NCBI GenBank assembly: GCA_013285595.1
Contig: JABDHF010000005.1
Location: 5,777-69,776 of the forward strand
Length of the DNA stretch: 64,000 nt
Direction of reading: 5' to 3'
Source of the DNA: Bacteroidota bacterium
GTDB lineage: Bacteria > Bacteroidota > Bacteroidia > Chitinophagales > Chitinophagaceae
Every line of letters begins with the position of its first letter. Within the stretch, counting starts at the first letter, position 1. The notes below the pieces were generated by a model, which was given only the letters and a program-made list of their open reading frames with translations, did not search any database and was not told the origin of the DNA. Of this stretch, positions 59,281 to 64,000 are shown in pieces. Both the position numbers and the translations under genes were made by a program.

Positions 59281-59997
59281 TTAATTCATCGGTACTTCGA
59301 AGATAATCACATCGCTGGTTACTTCGGCCTGCATTTCAAAATTATCTGCCTCGGTTATACCTACGGCATCCCTTTTATTTAACTCCTGCCCGGCAGCGTT
59401 TACTTTGCCTTCTATCACAAAAACGTAGGCGCCATGGTTCTTGCTGTGCAGCGTATGCGTAATGCTTTTACCGGCTTCCAGTGTGGTACGGTATATCCAT
59501 GCATCCTGGTGTATTTTCAACCCGGGATCGTTGTTATCAATCGGAGATACTAACGGTTGAAGCATATTTATGCGATCTTCTGCCGGGAACATCTTCTGGT
59601 CGTAGCGTGGTGGTACATTTCCTTTATTAGGGAATATCCATGTTTGTAGCAGGTTAGCTTTCTTGGCCGGGTCTGGGTTGTATTCGCTATGCGTTACTCC
59701 TGTACCAGCGCTCATTACCTGCACTTCGTTGGGCACAATTTGTTCGGTGTGGCCCATATTATCTTTGTGTTCCAGCTTACCATCGAGCACTATGGTGATG
59801 ATCTCCATATTATCGTGCGGGTGGCGGCCAAAACCCTGTCCGCCATCTATAATATCGTCGTTAAGTACCCTTAAAGCGCCAAACTGGACCTTAGTCGGGT
59901 CGTACCAGTTAGCGAAGCTAAAGGAATGATGTGCATCGAGCCAGCCGTGTTTGGCGTGGCCTCTTTTATTTGCTGCGTGAAATATTGTTTTTGACAT
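59281..59997 (-). CDS. Pirin family protein
   Basis: HSFSFA, FGALRVLNDD, HPHDNMEI, MSAGTGVTHSE; start at ATG 59997. Confidence 0.94.
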   Translation of the reverse strand: MSKTIFHAANKRGHAKHGWLDAHHSFSFANWYDPTKVQFGALRVLNDDIIDGGQGFGRHPHDNMEIITIVLDGKLEHKDNMGHTEQIVPNEVQVMSAGTGVTHSEYNPDPAKKANLLQTWIFPNKGNVPPRYDQKMFPAEDRINMLQPLVSPIDNNDPGLKIHQDAWIYRTTLEAGKSITHTLHSKNHGAYVFVIEGKVNAAGQELNKRDAVGITEADNFEMQAEVTSDVIIFEVPMN

Positions 59998-60253
59998 AAT
60001 TGTTGTTTTTAAAAAAATGCGTGTACATACACCTATGCAAACTGTATGCCTTCCTGTTAGTCCTGACAAAGTTGCAGAAAATGCTCTATATTGCTGCCTA
60101 AACCGTCCTAACTTCTAAGGGAAGATGTGGAAAATAAGACATTAAGCCATTGAATAAATAACAGACAATATTAGAAAGCTCTAAAAAGCTGGAAAGGCCC
60201 CATAAAATTGATTATGACTCCCCTTTAGGGGCCGGGGGGTTAACTTTAAAAAT

Positions 60254-61417
60254 ATGGCCCAAAATATACTTGTAATAGACGACGAAAAAGCGATCCGCAA
60301 AACGCTGGGAGAAATACTGGCTTTTGAAGGTTTTGTAGTGGATGAAGCTGCCGATGGCATGGAAGGTGTAAAAAAGATCAAAGAGAACAGCTACGACTGT
60401 ATACTGTGTGATATAAAGATGCCCAAAATGGATGGCATTGAAGTATTGCAGGTGGCCAGGGAAGAAAAGCCCGATACTCCGTTTATAGTTATTTCTGGCC
60501 ACGGTAATATAGAAACTGCAGTAGACGCCGTGAAAAAAGGCGCTTACGACTATATCTCCAAGCCCCCTGACCTGAACCGGCTGTTGATCACTATCCGTAA
60601 TGCGATGGATAAGAAGTCGCTGGTAACGGAGACGAAGCAACTACGCAAACGTATATCGCGCGGATATGAGATGATAGGCAATAGCGATGGTATGCAACGT
60701 ATACAGGAAACTATAGCCAAAGTAGCCCCTACAGATGCAAGAGTGCTGATAACCGGCGAAAATGGCGTGGGCAAAGAGCTGGTAGCACGCCGCCTGCATG
60801 AGCTAAGCGCCCGTGCAAATGGCCCGCTGGTAGAAGTAAACTGTGCCGCTATACCGTCAGAGCTTATTGAGAGTGAACTATTTGGACATGAGAAAGGTTC
60901 TTTCACCTCTGCCATAAAGCAGCGGATAGGTAAATTTGAAATGGCGAATGGTGGTACCTTATTTCTCGACGAGATAGGAGACATGAGCCACGATGCCCAG
61001 GCAAAAATGCTACGAGCACTACAGGAGGGAAAGATAACCCGCGTGGGTGGCGAGAAAGAAATAAAGGTAGATGTGCGCGTGATAGCCGCTACTAACAAAA
61101 ACCTGATGGAAGAAGTGGAAGCCAAAAAGTTCCGGCTGGATCTTTATCACCGCCTGAGTGTGATACTTATTGTGGTGCCGTCGCTCAATAACCGGAGGGA
61201 TGATATTCCGGAGCTTATCACCTATTTCCTGAACGAGATACGGGAAGATTACAAACAACCACTAAAAGAAATAGAACCCGAAGCAATAACAGCACTACAA
61301 GAATTCAACTGGACAGGCAACATACGCGAGCTACGCAATGCAGTGGAACGCCTGATTATCCTTTCTGATAAAAAAATAACGAAGCAGGATGTGGACACGT
61401 ACATCCTGATGAAATAA
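60254..61417 (+). CDS. NtrX-like REC-AAA+ regulator lacking a C-terminal HTH
   Basis: REC, GENGVGKE, GHEKGSFTSA (GAFTGA variant), WTGNIREL; ends at 387 aa. Confidence 0.9.
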   Translation: MAQNILVIDDEKAIRKTLGEILAFEGFVVDEAADGMEGVKKIKENSYDCILCDIKMPKMDGIEVLQVAREEKPDTPFIVISGHGNIETAVDAVKKGAYDYISKPPDLNRLLITIRNAMDKKSLVTETKQLRKRISRGYEMIGNSDGMQRIQETIAKVAPTDARVLITGENGVGKELVARRLHELSARANGPLVEVNCAAIPSELIESELFGHEKGSFTSAIKQRIGKFEMANGGTLFLDEIGDMSHDAQAKMLRALQEGKITRVGGEKEIKVDVRVIAATNKNLMEEVEAKKFRLDLYHRLSVILIVVPSLNNRRDDIPELITYFLNEIREDYKQPLKEIEPEAITALQEFNWTGNIRELRNAVERLIILSDKKITKQDVDTYILMK

Positions 61418-61447
61418 CGTTGCTCGGGAGAGCCGTGTAAAAGCTAA

Positions 61448-61476
61448 AGCCCTTATGATTCCAGATCATAAGGGCT
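61448..61476. terminator. Hairpin between convergent genes
   Basis: AGCCCTTATGAT-TCCAG-ATCATAAGGGCT. Confidence 0.7.
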
Positions 61477-61501
61477 ATTAGTTTATAGTCGTCGCTAAAT
61501 T

Positions 61502-62656
61502 TTATCCTATTGCCTGTGCAAGGTCTTCTTTCAAGTCATCGATATCTTCTATACCTACACTTAGCCTGATCAATGAATCGACAAGGCCATTCTTTACACG
61601 CTCAGCTTTGGGTATAGAGGCATGCGTCATAGTAGCTGGATGGCCAATGAGGGACTCTACACCGCCCAAAGATTCTGCAAGGGCAAACAACTTTGTTTTG
61701 CTTAACACACCCATCGCCTCTTCCATACTATCATTTTTCAGCGTAAAGGAGATCATACCTCCAAAGCCGCGCATTTGCTTTTTGGCAATGTCATGGTTAG
61801 GATGATCTTCAAAACCAACCCAAAGCACCTTACCTACTTTTGGATGGGCACGAAGGTATTTTGCTATTGCTTCGCCGTTTTCGCAATGGCGCTGCATGCG
61901 TACGTGCAGTGTTTTTATACCCCGCAGCACCAGCCAGCAGTCGTGCGGGCCGGGCACTGCACCACAGCTGTTTTGTATAAACCTCAGGCGCTCTTCGAGG
62001 CTGGAATCATTCATTACCAGCGCACCGTGCACCACATCGCTATGGCCACCGAGGTACTTGGTAGCGGAGTGCAGCACTATATCAGCACCCAGGTCCAGCG
62101 GAGTTTGCAAATACGGCGATGCAAAAGTATTATCGCATACCAGCAGCAGGTTATGTTTTTTGCTTATCTCGGCCGATGCTGCGATATCTATTACATTCAA
62201 CAATGGATTGGTAGGGGTTTCTATCCATACCATCTTTGTTTTATCGTTTATATAGCGCGTAATATTCTGCGCATCGTGCATACCTATAAAGTGAAACTTG
62301 ATACCATAGTTGGCAAACACCTTTGTCATAAGGCGGTAAGTGCCGCCGTACAGGTCGTTAGATACTATTACCTCATCGCCGGGGCTTAACAACTTTATCA
62401 CCGCATCTGTAGCCGCCATACCACTACCAAAGCAAAGGCCATGCTTGCCATTCTCAATAGCCGCAAGCGCATCCTGCAGTACAGTACGTGTAGGGTTTTG
62501 AGTACGTGCATATTCGTAACCCTTATGGTCGCCGGGAGCAGCCTGCACATAAGTGCTGGTCTGGTATATAGGTGTCATTATAGCCCCGGTTGTAGGGTCG
62601 GGATGTACACCTGCATGTATAAGCTTTGTATCGAGCTTGTAATTATTATTTGCCAT
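61502..62656 (-). CDS. Cystathionine gamma-synthase/lyase (PLP transsulfuration enzyme)
   Basis: YARTQNPTR, SGMAA, LYGGT, ETPTNP, DNTF, HSATKYLGGHSD, AESLGGVESL, RLSVGIE. Confidence 0.95.
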   Translation of the reverse strand: MANNNYKLDTKLIHAGVHPDPTTGAIMTPIYQTSTYVQAAPGDHKGYEYARTQNPTRTVLQDALAAIENGKHGLCFGSGMAATDAVIKLLSPGDEVIVSNDLYGGTYRLMTKVFANYGIKFHFIGMHDAQNITRYINDKTKMVWIETPTNPLLNVIDIAASAEISKKHNLLLVCDNTFASPYLQTPLDLGADIVLHSATKYLGGHSDVVHGALVMNDSSLEERLRFIQNSCGAVPGPHDCWLVLRGIKTLHVRMQRHCENGEAIAKYLRAHPKVGKVLWVGFEDHPNHDIAKKQMRGFGGMISFTLKNDSMEEAMGVLSKTKLFALAESLGGVESLIGHPATMTHASIPKAERVKNGLVDSLIRLSVGIEDIDDLKEDLAQAIG

Positions 62657-62745
62657 GAGATCGTTTTAATTATGCGAGTGCAAAGGTAGTGGGTTATTCT
62701 AAACAGCAATTGGGAAATAATGGTCGCAATTACCACAAGTTTTGC

Positions 62746-62944
62746 TTAATCCCTCCTTCTTTTAGAAAAAACGGTCCTGTCTACTTTGGTTTTAGAAGTT
62801 GTGCCATAAGCATGGTTTATAAGAAACCACGCGGCCTCAACTCGTTCCCACGGTGTTTTATCTTCCCATGCTGTTACATGGTCATGCCTCCTTTGCGGTG
62901 GTTGCCTTAAATGCGGTTCTATCCAACCGGAACTTTTCTTCCAT
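62746..62944 (-). pseudogene. Frameshifted small protein (about 66 aa if repaired)
   Basis: ATG 62944 gives MEEKFRLDRTAFKATTAKEA*; another frame continues DHVTAWEDKTPWERVEAAWFLINHAYG...VDRTVFSKRRRD; the span is 199 nt (3n+1). Confidence 0.6.
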
Positions 62945-63103
62945 ACTTTGTAAAATAACATAAAAAATTGGGGAGGGGGGTATTAAATCTTTCACCTGTT
63001 TTGTATGATAATATCTGATTTTTTCGTTAAAAAAACTCTTAACAAGGTACTATGTATTGCATAATACCTTTTTTTACCTACCTTTGTTTTGAAATCGAGA
63101 GCA

Positions 63104-63436
63104 ATGGCAATAGATAATACAGAATCACAAATGCGCAAGGGCTTGCTGGAGCTGTGTATACTGGGTATTATACGGAGGCAGAAAGAGGTATACCCCAGCG
63201 ATATACTGGAACAACTGAAGGGATCGAAACTGGTGGTGCTGGAAGGCACATTGTATCCATTACTTACCCGCCTGAAGAATGCAGGCATGCTGAGCTACAG
63301 GTGGGAAGAATCAGTATCGGGGCCGCCGAGGAAGTATTTTACCCTTACGGAGGAGGGTGTACAATTTTATGAACAGCTCCTCGCCACCTGGACCGAATTA
63401 AGTAAAGCAGTAAATGATTTAACCGTTTCCATATAA
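63104..63436 (+). CDS. PadR family transcriptional regulator
   Basis: QMRKGLLELCIL, EGTLYPLLTRL, GPPRKYF; start at ATG 63104; TACCTTTG -7 box near 63079. Confidence 0.94.
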   Translation: MAIDNTESQMRKGLLELCILGIIRRQKEVYPSDILEQLKGSKLVVLEGTLYPLLTRLKNAGMLSYRWEESVSGPPRKYFTLTEEGVQFYEQLLATWTELSKAVNDLTVSI

Positions 63437-63448
63437 AACACACAAATT

Positions 63449-64000
63449 ATGCAACGTATCATCCAGATCAACATCGCCGGCAGCGTATTGCCTATAGAAG
63501 AAGATGCTTATATAGTACTGAAGGAATATCTTACCTCGCTGGAGCGCCAGTTTACCGGCGCTGATGGTAAAGAGATCATTGAAGACATTGAGAACCGCAT
63601 AGCAGAGCTGTTCAGCATACGGCTGCAGGGTGGGTCGCCGGCTATAGACCGCTCTGATGTGCAGAAGGTGATAGACACCCTGGGCGCTGCCAGCGACCTG
63701 CACGACGGTGCGGGAGCCAATGCGTGGCAGGGAGCTAAACAAACCTATACGGGCAATAGCTACCAGCAAAGCAACTCGTCTGGCCCATACCCATATACTC
63801 ACGACCGCCTGCTGCGCGACCCTTATGATAAGGTGCTGGGTGGTGTGTGCAGCGGTATCTCCCACTACTTCGATATAGACCCTATCATTGTGAGGCTGGT
63901 GATGGTGGTGCTGTTCCTTACGTTTGGTATAGGGTTTATTACCTACGTTATTGCATGGGCGGTGATACCTGCGGCTAAGAGCCGGGAAGAGCTGTTCAAT
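63449..64000 (+). CDS. PspC-domain protein (partial, runs off window)
   Basis: Manual translation: MQRIIQINIAG...EEDAY...EIIEDIENRIAELF...LLRDPYDKVLGGVCSGISHYFDIDPIIVRL...YVIAWAVIPAAK; canonical PadR-PspC pairing. Confidence 0.9.
   Translation, partial: MQRIIQINIAGSVLPIEEDAYIVLKEYLTSLERQFTGADGKEIIEDIENRIAELFSIRLQGGSPAIDRSDVQKVIDTLGAASDLHDGAGANAWQGAKQTYTGNSYQQSNSSGPYPYTHDRLLRDPYDKVLGGVCSGISHYFDIDPIIVRLVMVVLFLTFGIGFITYVIAWAVIPAAKSREELFN

Noticed and set aside
62657-62745. SAM riboswitch upstream of the transsulfuration gene
   Set aside because: TACCTTTG -7 box lies only about 25 nt from the ATG, leaving no room; no SAM-I/II consensus

Overview
Bacteroidota chromosomal segment, probably Chitinophagales-like. 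This is an inference from TAnnTTTG -7 promoter boxes, Gln at +1 of many signal peptides, T9SS cargo proteins, fused E1 alpha/beta dehydrogenase and bamD-rpoZ linkage. No rRNA, tRNA, CRISPR array or intact transposase is visible. The left 10.8 kb is the most striking part. It holds a PapD-like pilus chaperone (truncated at the window edge and absent from the ORF track) and five paralogous DUF4402-type pilin-like genes. Between them sit a single-domain response regulator, a GAFTGA-type sigma-54 activator and a cytoplasmic 4xPAS hybrid kinase with Hpt. Four promoters in this locus share a precisely spaced architecture readable in the DNA: (TCC-N7-GGA)x2, then YTGA-N3-TCAR, then a sigma-54 -24/-12 box. 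This suggests a self-contained sigma-54 regulon for a chaperone-usher-like fibre in a phylum known mainly for type V pili. A second notable block (18.7-35.8 kb) has three mosaic T9SS Ig-like repeat proteins (38 GGxWSS repeats) directly upstream of a TMTC-like O-mannosyltransferase/TPR gene, with a second GT-C-like membrane protein nearby. The rest is mostly housekeeping (rnhA, bcp, rpoZ, bamD, NAD kinase, folB, purL, murI, E1 dehydrogenase, pirin, transsulfuration enzyme, PadR/PspC). It also holds a helicase/HipA-like kinase/DUF3037 run, a CX4CH cytochrome-propeller lipoprotein, a Tat ferritin-like pair, a frameshifted small gene and REP-like repeats.
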